Assembly (NCBI RefSeq): GCF_001194135.2
Contig: NC_068982.1
Span: 129,358,105 to 129,422,104, forward strand
Direction of reading: 5' to 3'
Source of the DNA: Octopus bimaculoides
Lineage: Eukaryota
DNA length: 64,000 nucleotides
The position numbers and the translations under genes were made by a program. This document shows positions 14,040-28,100 of the stretch, piece by piece (position 1 is the stretch's first letter; every line of letters begins with the position of its first letter). The notes under the pieces were generated by a model. It was not told the DNA's origin. It searched no databases and saw nothing but the letters and a program-made list of their open reading frames with translations.

Positions 14040-14722
14040 GTGGTCTATTGCGCAACGTGATTGGATACGAGCTCTGCATCCTGCGTAAAAGTAAACCAAT
14101 CCAAATGCTTGACTCGACCGAGTATTCCAATGTCATATGACCGATCACATGATTAATCATTAGAGACTTGTGCGTGAAGCCTTTTTTTTTTTTTTAGACT
14201 ATTTAAGTCTAAAACATGCAATTATGAAATCAGTCTCCCTACACAGTGACCAAAAATAGCTGAGGTGCACTTTTGTTTGCTATGACGTCGATGGTCCAAC
14301 TTATCGAGACTGAATTCTTATTTCGACATCGTTAACCACACAATTACTTGTTGTCACATGTCATGACACTTTTCAGAAAATTTTATCAGCACGCGAACGA
14401 TCAACCTGCTCGACTAACTGACTGTGAGTCGATTCTCTTTTCATTCATCTGTCAATCACAACGACACAAGTTTTGTGGGAATAAGGTGCTTCTTCAATTT
14501 TTCTTTTAAAACCACAAACTTATACAGATGTCTGCTTTATGATCTATCAGGAGACGATTTTCACAGATCACAACAAATACTTTCGCAACGTGGTTGTCGT
14601 CTCTTGTCGAGGAAAGTCGTCTACATTTGGGATCATCTTTAGCGGATGTTCTTCAAAATTAAAAGGCTAGTGCCACTCATAACATTATGTACGGCTCAAA
14701 CAGTCCCTCTGCCATAGGCCAG
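14040..14722 (+). promoter_or_regulatory. CpG-enriched promoter-like segment with candidate exons (leader C)
   Basis: ATTGCGCAAC 14047-14056 (C/EBP-like), ATTGG 14060-14064, CCAAT 14096-14100, TGACGTCG 14283-14290, donors GTGAGT 14424 and CAG|GTAAAA 14723. Confidence 0.35.
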
Positions 14723-15092
14723 GTAAAACATTAGAAATGCATTTTCCTAATCTGAAATAGAATTTCGCATAAACATGATGCTCTTCCCAATTCTTTGTTT
14801 TTTTAACTTGTGGCAAATACGTGCGTGATGACTAACCGACGTTGATGTTATTAAACTGAAGTTCAAGGTCACTCGTAAATACTATGGAATCGTATGTTGT
14901 ACTAGTTGATTAGCACACTGCTTTGAAAGTCTGGTTTTCTTTTTGGATAGGACTAATGAATTTCAACGACTGCTTGTACTTGAACCTTGCGGCCCACTTT
15001 ATGTGCCGTTTTAAATAAGAAGCAGACTGAGATTTATACGAGAGGAGAAAAGGAATCTGTAGCATCCATGCCTTTCTTGAAAATATTAGTGA

Positions 15093-15900
15093 CTAGCGGG
15101 ACCCGTGAATATTTCACGAAATTAATAGTAAACCTATTGGGTTAATTCTGAAAACTTTATCAAAAAAAACCTGAAAGCATAGCCTGTGTTGTGTCTGTAT
15201 GGAAAGATAGTCGCTCATCTGCTAATCATTGAAAAGTGAACGAAATTGGAATACGATGATTACTTAATACTTTGTCTACTTTATGCCCAATTTTATAGAC
15301 TTAATACACACACTCATAAAATATATATTCACTCTTATTTTGCCATTTTCCCCATAAACAAAAAAATAATAATATCGCTGTACATATGATACAACCTTTA
15401 GTTAAATTGCATATATCTGCCATGTAAATAAGCTTGAATATTTCACGGAATTACACATGCGCATGCATTAAGTGGTAGGTAATATAAAAAAACTTAGTTC
15501 AATTTTTAAAAAAATACACTTTTCACTATCCAGTCACTACCACTACCATCATCATCATCTCTCTCTCCCTTTCTTTAACTTCACCATCAGAACATTACCC
15601 CTCCGCTAAAATTAAATTTTTAACTCTCCTCCTCTACCTCCAACTTCTTTTTTTAACTACATAATAAATATTACATTCCCCCTACCTCACGTCATGGACA
15701 CTTCTCTCTCCCTCTTTCTGTCGCACTCTTCACCTTATCCTCTTCTTCTTCTCTTTCTCTTTAACTAATCACGGGAAAGAGTTACAATTACATTCCCTCT
15801 GCCTCAAGTCATGGACGCTTCTCTCTCCCACTTTTTCTCAAATTAAGTAAAAGTGTTAACGACGGGCTAAGTAACACAATGACAGACAGAATTATTATAA
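15093..15900 (-). mobile_element. Helitron-like non-autonomous element remnant with internal direct repeat
   Basis: CTAG at 15093-15096 next to hairpin CGTGAA-tat-TTCACG (15104-15118); about 45-bp direct repeat at about 15670-15715 and 15789-15835; 5' end not located. Confidence 0.45.
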
Positions 15901-17869
15901 GATGTAAATAACAGGAAATTACTTCAAACTGGTAACAATATCAAGTCAAAGACTCAATCCTAGACCATGCTTGTAATTTGCAAGTATCAAAAATGTTTGT
16001 AAGAAATGATGTTAAAATGAAAATGCTAATAACAAAAAATTTAGAGTTTACTTTAATGAAAATTAATACAATTGTTATGGCTAAAACACTCTTTTTTACC
16101 ATTGACTATTTTTATTTTAGGATTCTTACAATACTTTCTTTCGCTGAGTATAGATTTCTATTGCAATTCGTTTGATAAATCGATTTCGTTCACTAAAATG
16201 TTATTTATTTACCCAGTAAAACCTTTAAGCCAATTATTTTTTTACTGTTCGAAGATATTCAAAACAAATATAATTGAAAGAAGACTAAAACATCTATTTT
16301 GTTAGAACATTATCCAAGACACACACACAAAAAAAAGATTTTTGCTAAAAAAAAAATCGTAATAGGAATAATCAGATTCACATAAATGAGTAAATTTACA
16401 TGTCTACGTAGTTTTTAGAATATATTTTCTTGTTATCGCAATGTATTTTAAGATTATCAAGCAGTAAATAATTGGATGAAAGTGTACTGACATGATATAA
16501 GATAAAAAATGAACATAACTTGATGGCAATTAGAGAGATTTTAGTGGCAATATTCCACAATTCATCTTTTTCTTTCTTCTTTCTGTAAGTATAAAAGTGT
16601 ACTTCAGCACATTATCAAAATGAGGAATACTCTTTTCCAGTTCAAATTCACTCTATACATCTATACATCATCTAATAATCTGGATATGTGTTAACAATAA
16701 ATGGTTGGCTGAAAACTTTGTAGTTGTAATACTTTACTAACACTAGACCCAATAAATCGGTTTTGAGTGAGTGCCAAGTAGAGTCATTCATTTCTAGTCT
16801 TCCATGGGCACACGTTCAGGTCATGGTAAAATATTATATTGCTAAGAAATAAGTGAGGGTTGGCAGTAAGAAAGGTGACAGGCCATAGAAAAAAATGCTT
16901 CTATCTGACCCATGCAAACTTGGAAAAGTGGACATTAAAACTATAATGATCATAATGGTGACAGACAATGCAAATTGAAGTGAATGTCATCTTCAAAACC
17001 AGCTGGTGTACATAATGGACATGTTTCAGACTTATTAGAGCTCTTCAGCAGGCATATTCTACTCAGTTGGCAAGACTAAAAGTGATCAATCTATTACATT
17101 CCTACTGTCTTTTTAAACAGGTGGGGAAGTTTAACTTTTTTTTAGAGACAGTAGAAGTGGGAAGTTGTGACACTCATACCTTTTCAAATAGTGGTAATTC
17201 CATAAGTGAAGTAATTTTAACTGGAAATAAAGACAATGAGGTATAGATTTCATTTACAAACAAGTCATTGTTGACTTCTAATGTTTGCTTCCAACAAAGA
17301 AACATCCAAGTGATTGTATGAACAGCTAGAAATAGCAGCAAAATCACATTTTGGATAATGTGGTCCTACTTTCTTTACACATAGGTAAAAAATTAAAATG
17401 GACATGGCTAGAATGTCATGACCATTCTATGCACTGTCTTCTTTGGCATAGTTTCTATTGTGGATACCTTTCCAAATGACAACCACTTTACAAAAGTGTA
17501 CTGAATGCTTCTTTTTTTTTTGTGGCACAAACACTAGTGATGATTGTTTCGTAAATTGTAAGGCTAAGGACCTAAAGTGGCCCTCATAACCAAGGGAAAA
17601 CAAAAGAGAAAGTGGACAATGATCCTAAGTGGAGGAATAAGGGAGAGTAAGAGGAGAGGGTGGAGGAGTATGGCAGGGAATACAGGGAAGGGAATCATCA
17701 TCATCGTTTAACGTCCGCTTTCCATGCTAGCATGGGTTGGACGATTTGACTGAGGACTGGTGAGATTAGTGAAACAGTTGACAAAATTGGAGAAATAGAG
17801 TTGAAAAAGTGATATGGAGGATTGTATAAGGAGAGTTTAGGGCTATCTAATAAACAGGGGAGTGGAGGT

Positions 17870-18100
17870 AGATGGCTTAGTGGTTAGGGTGTTGCACCCA
17901 TGATCCTAAGACTGTGGTTTCAATTCCTCAACCAGGTAAGATGTTCTTGAGCAAAACACTTCATTTCACATTGCTCCAATCTACTCAGCTCAGGAAAATT
18001 AGTAATCCTGCACTGGACTGGCATCCCACCCAGTGGGGAATATGCCAGAGTATGTGGGAAAACAACCTTATGGGCCTATGGCTCAAGAAGGACCTTTGAT
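17870..18100 (+). mobile_element. tRNA-head SINE
   Basis: A-box-like tggcttagtggttagg, B-box-like ggtttcaattcc, core tgttcttgagcaaaacacttcatttcacattgctcca; related copy at about 34255-34490. Confidence 0.7.
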
Positions 18101-18905
18101 CCTGGTTTTTATAGACAAGTGTGATGGAAAGGGGCCAGAAAGGGAGCAATAGACTGGAGTGGAGAGAAATCCTGAGTCACTGAAGGGGAAAGAGATGTGA
18201 TGGTCATAAAAGTCAATTAAAAGGTGGGGAAAATGAGAAGGGATGTTGAAGAAACAAAAGGTCCGTGTCTAAATAAATATAGATTCATATCTGGGAATAT
18301 AATTTGTGAAAGTATATTAGATATTCCAACAGATTCACTCATTCACAACTTTGAAGACAACAATCAAATAATTATAAATGAAACAACAAATTGATATATC
18401 AAAACATGTATGAAAATTATGTCATAAAATCAAATACATTTCTAATTAGTAAGTTATTTAAGAATTAATTATTTTATTTTAACTCAATAACATTTAAGTT
18501 ACAGAAACGTAACATTTACAAACGTCTCATGTTATACTGATACTTGTTTTCATTTTTATATTTCAAATATATTCCATTCATTATCTTTCTTTATTTTAAT
18601 TAAGAGGAATATTTTTTTTAAATAAAATTAAAATGAGTTAATTAAAAATATGTGAGAATTATTTTTGAAACAAGTCGGTAGGAGTGAACATATTTGTTTA
18701 AGCAGTACTTGGGTGTATGAAAGTAATTTCAAATTATAACAGTTTTTGTGTCCATAAACCAAAAATGATTGCCATACTAGACAATGAGAAGTAATAGAAT
18801 ATCTTCTTCAAATTTTTCTTCCTAAATGATTGTTTATGATCAAACTTTGTCATGTCATTTGAAAAGTAGAAATATTTCCAGGACCCAAGACCAGAAAAAG
18901 CAGCT

Positions 18906-18974
18906 TTACTGCATTGTCATCAGTGCACTAATCCCTTTTGTTAGTTTTTCAACTTCAGCAGAGAGTTCAGACAC
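18906..18974 (-). CDS. VARS1: ValRS terminal coding exon 27/27
   Basis: [25 protein letters not shown]; acceptor tttctttcag; candidate AATAAA on minus at about 18590-18595 and 18473-18478. Confidence 0.92.
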   Translation of the reverse strand: MSELSAEVEKLTKGISALMTMQ

Positions 18975-21766
18975 CTGAAAGAAAAACAAAACACTTGATT
19001 AACAATCTTTAATCAAATCATAAAAGTCCAAACAAAATATTTCATCAAATAATAAAAATAATAAAAATAAAATTCATAGGACTGAATGAATGTTAATTTT
19101 CAGTAAAACTAAATTCAACTTCATGGCAGCCTTAGTACAATTATTTTTAGATAATCTTGTTTTCTTAAGGTCTGAATACAAAAATATTTTCTTAGTTTTA
19201 ATAAATCATCCTTTTTCTTGCAGGTTTACCACATAAGATGTGGGTGAATGGGGAGACAGCAATAGTTACTCTTAATCTACAGTAAAATAAAGTTTTCAAA
19301 AAGTATCATTAATTGACAGATGACAACAAAGTAATATTTAGTTAATTTCTTTGGGCAGACTCCACAAAATTCAGTCCTGAGAAGTTATAAAGTTTGATGG
19401 TATAAACTAAAATGATGTCAAATGTTAATTCTGTATACAGCTTCACTAACTTACTCATCAAAAGCCACAACTACCATGGCAAACATACAAGAACACAGAA
19501 TGTATTAGCTTAAAGTGGTTAGTACAGTCTTTAACCCTTTAGAATTCAAATTACTCTATCAAATGTAATGCTTATTTATTACCTCTGCCTTAGCAAAGGC
19601 GGAGGTATTGTTTTCAGCCGCGTTTGTTTGTTTGTCCATGGACAAGATATCTCAAGAACCACTGGATGGATTCAGATGAAACTTTTAGGGATGTTTGGCC
19701 TTGTGACTGGCATGAACTGATTAGATTTTGGGATCAATCAGATACTGGACAAGGATTCTGGATTATTTTTCCTGTTTTTTTTTACTTAATCTTTGAGAGC
19801 AGTTGGGTTCATTTTTAGTATTCTTGTTTATGAGAGCAGTCGAGTTTATTTCAGATATTCTCATTTTAAAAATCCTCTCTGGCTAATCATTGAGAAGACG
19901 TTGGTGTTGTCTTGGCAGAAGTTTGTGCTCTCTGAGTGCTCTTGTTTACATTGTTTTGAATTAATTATACATTACCTTAGAACTTCAAGATTTTGATGAT
20001 GTGATTGTTTATCTTTAGAATGACATTGTAGGATAGTTGTGAGAGGTTGGATCTGACTGGTTTAAACATAAAACAGGTAGAATATTCGGGCCAGATATGG
20101 CTGTCAACAATGTCATATATTGTATTAAACAACAGAGAAAAAATTAGTTTCAAAAAATATCTGAAAGGGTTCATCTAGGTAAATTAGGTTAGAGACAAAG
20201 AGTTCAGTTGAAATGTTTGCTCTACATAAAATTACATATTACTTATCAGTCAACAAGTGGAGAAAGACTCACAATTACATTCATGATTACTAGTTCACAT
20301 CTCAACAAAATCAAAACCTCAGAACAGATACATGAAGCATACATGTTATAAAACTTAAAAGAAATCTAAGTTTAATAATAGTTTTTGTATAAGAGGAGAT
20401 AGAGATGGAGGGTGTAGTAATGACATATATCAATGCATAATAATTGTTGTTAACACCAATATTTAAAAATAATGTCATTCTTCATCAAAACTTTTATGGT
20501 TTACCTTTGAAGTGTTTTGTTTCCTAACTTCTTCTGGAACTTTTGTTTCATAATCAGGTTTCTGAATACTTTCATTTAGTTTGTTTAGTTGAGAATTAAG
20601 TTTCTCTTTCTTGCCTTCCAGCTTAGAGATTTCTTTGTTAATATCAATAAGACCCTGAAAACAAGAAGTGTTCTAAACTTAAAACAGAACACAGACCATT
20701 CATGGCATTTAAAAGGACATCCTATTATATTCATTTTAACAAAATTAAAACAAAATTAATTACTACACTTAGTTTCATCCATCACTGTCTGTTCTGGGTT
20801 AGAAACACATCTGTCAACTTTGCATTTTATCCCTCAGGTGATTATAAAGAAAATACTAGTAATATGCTGGGGTTAATGCAATCATTTGCATTTCAATAGT
20901 TTTATGTAAGAAAGCAAAATTCATCTCCAATATTCTGTTATTTAAATTTTTCAGTAAACTCCGCTTGCGAAGACTTGTTGAGGCAAGTGAAATCGAACTA
21001 AATTCGCCGACTGGCACCCGTGCCAACGTCGTCTCCTTCATTGGACACAAAACTCAGCTTGCGAAGACTTATTGGGACAAGCGAATAGCGAAATCGGGAT
21101 AGCACCTGTGCCCAGCGTCGCCTTTCTGGCACTTGTGCCTGTCACATGTGTAAGGATTTTCGAGCGAGATCGTTGCCAGTGCCCCTGAACTGGCTCTTGT
21201 GTGGGTGGCACACAAAATACACCATTTTGAGCGTGGCTGTTGCCAGTACCGCCTGACTGGCCTTCGTAGGATTTTCAAGCGAGATCGTTGCCAGTGCCCC
21301 TGGACTGNNNNNNNNNNNNNNNNNNNNNNNNNNNNNNNNNNNNNNNNNNNNNNNNNNNNNNNNNNNNNNNNNNNNNNNNNNNNNNNNNNNNNNNNNNNNN
21401 NNNNNNNNNNNNNNNNNNNNNNNNNNNNNNNNNNNNNNNNNNNNNNNNNNNNNNNNNNNNNNNNNNNNNNNNNNNNNNNNNNNNNAGCGAGATCGTTGCC
21501 AGTGCCCCTGGACTAGCTCCTGTGCGGGTGGCACATAAAATACACCATTTTGAGCGTGGCCGTTGCCGTTGCCAGTACCACCTGACTGGCCTTCGTGCGG
21601 GTGACACGTAAAAGCACCCACTACACTCTCGGAGTGGTTGGCGTTAGGAAGGGCATCCATCTGTAGAAACTCTGCTAAATCAGATTGGAGCCTGGTGTTG
21701 CCATCCGGTCTCACCAGTCCTCAGTCAAATCGTCCAACCCATGCTAGCATGGAAAGCGGACGTTAA

Positions 21767-21804
<38 letters not shown>

Positions 21805-24800
21805 TCCATGAGTTCATTATATTATTTTTCATCTCTGTTATCTCTTAATCTACATTTTTAGTTCCATCACTGATATATTGTCACTGCTTAACTGAGGACA
21901 GCCCTGACTGAGTTGACCTATGATTAAAGAGTTTAACAACAATCATCCTGTCTCTTTACAAATATAGTGTGTCTAGGATTATATTATCCAATGGGTCATC
22001 AATATTTTTCATCTACTTTTTTTTATGTTGACATGGGTTGGATATGACTCGCTAAGGCAGAGAGTTACAGACACCTTACCTGATGCTAACCCGCATTTGT
22101 TTTCCAATAAGGTATTTTACTTCACATCTTTGCAGAATGAATCATGGGAAATAAAAACAACTTCACCACTATAGCAATGTCAATGTAAAGACACACAGAT
22201 ACAAACACACATACATATACAACATACCTACATAGTGCCCCCCTACCAAATTTCACTCACAGTGGTAGAGAAGGATATAGCTGCTAATTTCAACAGGTCA
22301 AACAACTACATAGAGGCTTCTTCTTTGTCTCAACCATTGGTTTGCCAGAACTGTGCTTAGCTATTTCATATAGCCAACACAATTCAAGATATTTATTTTT
22401 GTTATGGCCAAACAATTTCCCAACTATGGACACTGGTTTGATATATTTAGATTTATATCAATTAGACTCACTGACCAACTTTAAAATATTGATTTCATCC
22501 ACAAGTTTTGAAGAAGGCTGAAGCCATTTAAATCAACCAAAATTATTTGACCAAAATTATATTTGGTCCACTTACAAGTATTACCAGTTAGTAACCATGA
22601 TGTCTTTATTTCAGCTTTACCAATTTACCTTTCTTACTTGCTTCAGTCATTAGACTGCCACCATTCTGGTGCACTGCCCTGAAGGGTTTAGTCAAACAAA
22701 TTGAGCTAGTGCTTATCTTTTTAAGCCTGATATTCTATCGGTCTCTTTTGTTGGACCATTCAATTACAGGGATGTAAACAAACCAACACTGGTTGTCAAG
22801 CAGTGGGGGAGAGAGGACAAACACAGACAAAGACACACAGTGTGCATATGAGTACGAAGCTGAAAGCTCATCATATATGTATAATGATGAGCTTCTTTCA
22901 GCTTCACACACGTACATACATACATATATGCATACATACGTACATATATACATGCAAACATATATATATATGACAAGCTTCTTTAGTTTGTCAACCAAAT
23001 CCACTCACAAGGTTTTAGTCAGCCTAAGGCTATCATAAAATACACTTGCCCAAAGTGCCACACAGCAGGATTGAACTTAGAACCATGTGATAAGCCACAA
23101 AGGTAAAAATTGAAGTTTAATATAAATTGATATTTTGACTTACCTTTAGCATCAAGTGAGTTTCGCATTTGGCTGATACGGTAATCATGGCACAACCAGT
23201 TGGAGGTTCTTGGTTGATAAGTATATTTACATGATCACTTGAGGCCAGGTTGGCAATAATGTCAACAAATGATTTCAAAATATTGGCACTTTCTTCATCA
23301 GAACACTTTAAGTAAACTAGAAACGAAACCAAAATTACAATTAATTTATGTAATTCAATGACAAACGACTCATTAAAATTGGAATATCTTATTGCTTATT
23401 TCAGTTCCTTTATGTGCAGTTACCAATTATCTGTGATACTCACTTGTGTGTTGTTCTTTCTGTAACATATTTATATTCAAAACCAGTCTTTACTATTGGT
23501 ACAATGAATCTTCCTAACAAACATTTGATCTACAAGTGATGTTTTTTTGTCAAAATGATTCAACATCATCATTGTTGTTATAAACATTTTAATGTCTACA
23601 TTTCCATGCTTGTATGGCCAGATACTCTTCCTCACATCAACTCTCACCTGTTTCCAAGCATGGTAATAATACACCAGTCTGTTAAACAACAAACAGCCCA
23701 GACATGGTTACACAGAGAACTAGAAACAAATGACATCGTTTCAACATATATGAATGAAGATGAGGGGAAATACAAATTCACTCAGACACAATTTGCACAT
23801 GGCACCTTAGGCAAGTGTCTTCCATTATAGCCCCAGGCCAAACACAGTCATGTGTATGAAAGCAGCTCATCATGATATGAATGTGTGAGTGCATGTGTGC
23901 ACATGCCCATGTCTTGACATCAAGTGATGGTTGTAAACGAGCATCACCAGCACACATGTGATGTTATTCATTTCTGCTCTTCAGTGAAAAACATATCAGA
24001 TCATGGAGAAATATTACCTAGCCTGGAAACAAGTGAGAGTTGGTGGCTGGAAAGAGCATTCTGGCTATAGAAAATCTGCTTCAACGAATTCCATTTGACC
24101 CATGAAAGCATGGAAAACTAGCGCTAAATAATGATTATATATATATATATATATNNNNNNNNNNNNNNNNNNNNNNNNNNNNNNNNNNNNNNNNNNNNNN
24201 NNNNNNNNNNNNNNNNNNNNNNNNNNNNNNNNNNNNNNNNNNNNNNNNNNNNNNNNNNNNNNNNNNNNNNNNNNNNNNNNNNNNNNNNNNNNNNNNNNNN
24301 NNNNNNNNNNNNNNNNNNNNNNNNNNNNNNNNNNNNNNNNNNNNNNNNNNNNNNNNNNNNNNNNNNNNNNNNNNNNNNNNNNNNNNNNNNNNNNNNNNNN
24401 NNNNNNNNNNNNNNNNNNNNNNNNNNNNNNNNNNNNNNNNNNNNNNNNNNNNNNNNNNNNNNNNNNNNNNNNNNNNNNNNNNNNNNNNNNNNNNNNNNNN
24501 NNNNNNNNNNNNNNNNNNNNNNNNNNNNNNNNNNNNNNNNNNNNNNNNNNNNNNNNNNNNNNNNNNNNNNNNNNNNNNNNNNNNNNNNNNNNNNNNNNNN
24601 NNNNNNNNNNNNNNNNNNNNNNNNNNNNNNNNNNNNNNNNNNNNNNNNNNNNNNNNNNNNNNNNNNNNNNNNNNNNNNNNNNNNNNNNNNNNNNNNNNNN
24701 NNNNNNNNNNNNNNNNNNNNNNNNNNNNNNNNNNNNNNNNNNNNNNNNNNNNNNNNNNNNNNNNNNNNNNNNNNNNNNNNNNNNNNNNNNNNNNNNNNNN

Positions 24801-25037
24801 NNNNNNNNNNNNNNNNNNNNNNNNNNNNNNNNNNNNNNNNNNNNNNNNNNNNNNNNNNNNNNNNNNNNNNNNNNNNNNNNNNNNNNNNNNNNNNNNNNNN
24901 NNNNNNNNNNNNNNNNNNNNNNNNNNNNNNNNNNNNNNNNNNNNNNNNNNNNNNNNNNNNNNNNNNNNNNNNNNNNNNNNNNNNNNNNNNNNNNNNNNNN
25001 NNNNNNNNNNNNNNNNNNNNNNNNNNNNNNNNNNNNN

Positions 25038-25102
<65 letters not shown>

Positions 25103-28100
25103 TACATACATATATATTATATACTAATTACTGATGATAGTAAAGCATTATCTGAGTTAAATATTGTTCTGAACAGTTTCTCTAATATTGGTGCAATATC
25201 TATATGATACAATTTTGATGATTTATGTCAAGTTTCACCAAATAGTAAAGTGCTTCAACCTCAGAACGTCAGTTTACTTACCATCAGCTTTTGTCTTTGT
25301 CAAATTATAGTCAGCCCTCATTGATCTGACACTCTTTACCACAGACTGCATAAACTCTACATTCTTCTCAATATCTGGATACCGGTAGTCACACTAAAAA
25401 TAAACATGAACCATTCACTAAAACTGTGAATTATAATAACTCAGTTACAATAAGCATTCTGTTTTAATGTCGTAGGATATATATATATATATATATATAT
25501 NNNNNNNNNNTATATATATATATATATATATATATACATCTTAGAATCAACAGAATAATAATTTGAAGTTTTATGTGTTTACCTTTTATCGTTTACTTGT
25601 TTCAATCATTAGACTGCAGCCATACTGGGGTAATGCCTTGAAGAATTCAGTCAAACAAATCAACCACAATAGTTTTTTTTCCTAAAGCCTGGCAATTACT
25701 GTCAGTTTCTTTTGCCGACCCACTAAGTTACAGGGGCATAAACGCACCAACATCAGTTGCCATGCGGTGGTGGGGTTGACAAACAGACACACACATATAT
25801 ATGTGACAAGCTTCTTTCAGTTTCCATCTAACAAATCCATTCACAACACTTTGGTTGGCCCAGGTACTTCTGGCTAACAAGAAGCAAGTCAAAACACTGG
25901 TGTTCCAGAAGGCCCCTGCACCAATGAGCCAAGTGTGTTATGAACTTACTGTCATCATAAAAGGGAGAAGTTATTCTCCTATGATGTACACCACAGCAAA
26001 CATATTTTGTGTTTGAACCGACCTGGATGTATTACAAATAAATATACAAATAATCGTTAACAAAAATATAGTTTCAAGAACATGAAGGACTCAGTCTTTT
26101 TTATCTTTTGTTTGTTTCAGTCATTAGACTGTGGCCATGCTGGAGCACCACCTTGAAGATTTTTAGTTGAATGAATTGACTTCAGTACTTTTTTTAAGCC
26201 GAGGACTTATTCTAGCAATCTCTTTTGCCGAACCATTAAGTTACAGGAACATAAACACACCAACACCAGTTGTCAAACAGTGGTGAACAAACACAAACAC
26301 ACACACACATACAACAGGCTTCTTTCAGTTTCTGTTTACCAAATCCACTCACAAAGCTTTGGTCAGCTCAAGGTGCCACACAATGAGACTGAACTTGGAA
26401 CCATATGGTTGGGAAAATTTTCAATTTACCGTACAATAATATTTAAGACAACACTTCACAAAGTAAGTGACCCTGAAATGAGTGAATAAAAACATAAAAC
26501 TTACTTCTTTTGTTGTAGGATAAGGATGTACACAAATACTTGTCGTATCTTTCTTGTTTTCTCCAGGTAATCTTTGAAATAATTCTTCAGTAACATATGG
26601 CATAATTGGGTGGAGAAGTCGTAAACCAACATCAAGACAGGTAAAAAGAATATTGCTTGTAATAGTTTTAGCTTCATCATCTGATCCATATAAAATTGGT
26701 TTTATGCTTTCCTGTAAAAAGAAAAGTTACGATATTCAGTATCTTTTCAAAATAAATTAAATAATAAACATATTTTTTTTTAAATAGAAGCTAAATCCTT
26801 GTACTTACATCAAGAATAATAATAAGTCTACCTAAAGCTACAGGTTCATAAGGCCATAACTCATCTGGATTTTCAAGGTGTTTAAGTTTAGAATACAAGA
26901 TTTCTTCTTCTTGAAGAAGACAATAGTCCATTGTAAGATTAACTCCAAGTGCTACTGGTACTCATTTTTAACCGAGTGTATTGGAGCAATATGAACTGAA
27001 GTGCCTTGCTAAAAGCCACAACATGACCTGAACCAAGAATCAAACCCATGACCTAATGCTTGCAAACTGAACACCCTGACCACTAGGCTACCCAACTTCA
27101 GAAGAGTAACGAAGAAATTACTTTAAAAAAATGAAAATATCCAAATAAAATTACATTTTAATGTATCAGAGATTGTTGTTGGCACTCCATCGCTTACGGC
27201 GACAAGGGTTCCAGTTGATCCAATCAATGGAACAGCCTGCTCATGAAATTAACGTGTAAGTGGCTGAGCACTCCACAGACACGTGTACCCTTAACGTAGT
27301 TCTCGGTGATATTCAGAGTGACACAGTATGACAAGGCTGGCCCTTTGAATTACAGGCACAACAGAAACAGGAAATAAGAGTGAGAGAAAGTTGTGGTGAA
27401 AGAGTACAGCAGGATTTGCCACCATCCCCTGCCGGAGCCTCGTGGAGCTTTAGGTGTTTTCGCTCAATAAACACTCACAACGCCCGGTCTGGGAATCGAA
27501 ACCGCGGTCCTATGACCGCGAGTCCGCTGTCCTAACCACTGGACCATTGCGCCTCCACAGTATCAGAGATAAAGACTGCGAAAAGGAATTTCGAAATTCA
27601 CATGTATCTTATTATAAAACATGCCACAGAATGTTTTATTGTTATTATTATTTTTTTGCTATAATGAATACTTATTAACCATCACAAGGTCAAGTCCTTG
27701 TTGTGGTTTGGTAGCTTGCATGCCTCAATGATCCTGAGAGATATACCAATGGAGCACAAGATCCTGGTAGGACTTTCCATGCTACACAAGTCAAAAGAAA
27801 GAGGTCAGAATATTGGGGACCACCTCTTTGCAGGGGTGAAAAGAGATTTGCATAAGGCCAACACCCTACCTGGAATAAAGCAAAGTTACAGAAGGATTGA
27901 TGACAATTCAAAATCAACAAGACCTGGGAGGGAGAAGAAGGCCTTCTCTCAAGGAAACATATGCCCTGACCTGAAACCCATAAAGGAGGCAGAAGAGAGG
28001 ACACCCTAAAAATAGCTGGAGGAGGGGTTTTGATGTAGAGCTGAAAAAGTAGGGGTTAAAATGAGAGAAGCAGCAAAGACAGAACAGTGAAGAAAAGTAA

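Noticed and set aside
21100-21600. Repeat-spacer-like periodicity suggestive of CRISPR (also 51545-51780)
   Set aside because: Eukaryotic context, no unique spacers and no cas genes; these are retroelement-internal tandem repeats.
27480-27559. tRNA-like sequence with A and B boxes
   Set aside because: It is the head of a SINE with TSD and tail, not a complete cloverleaf.
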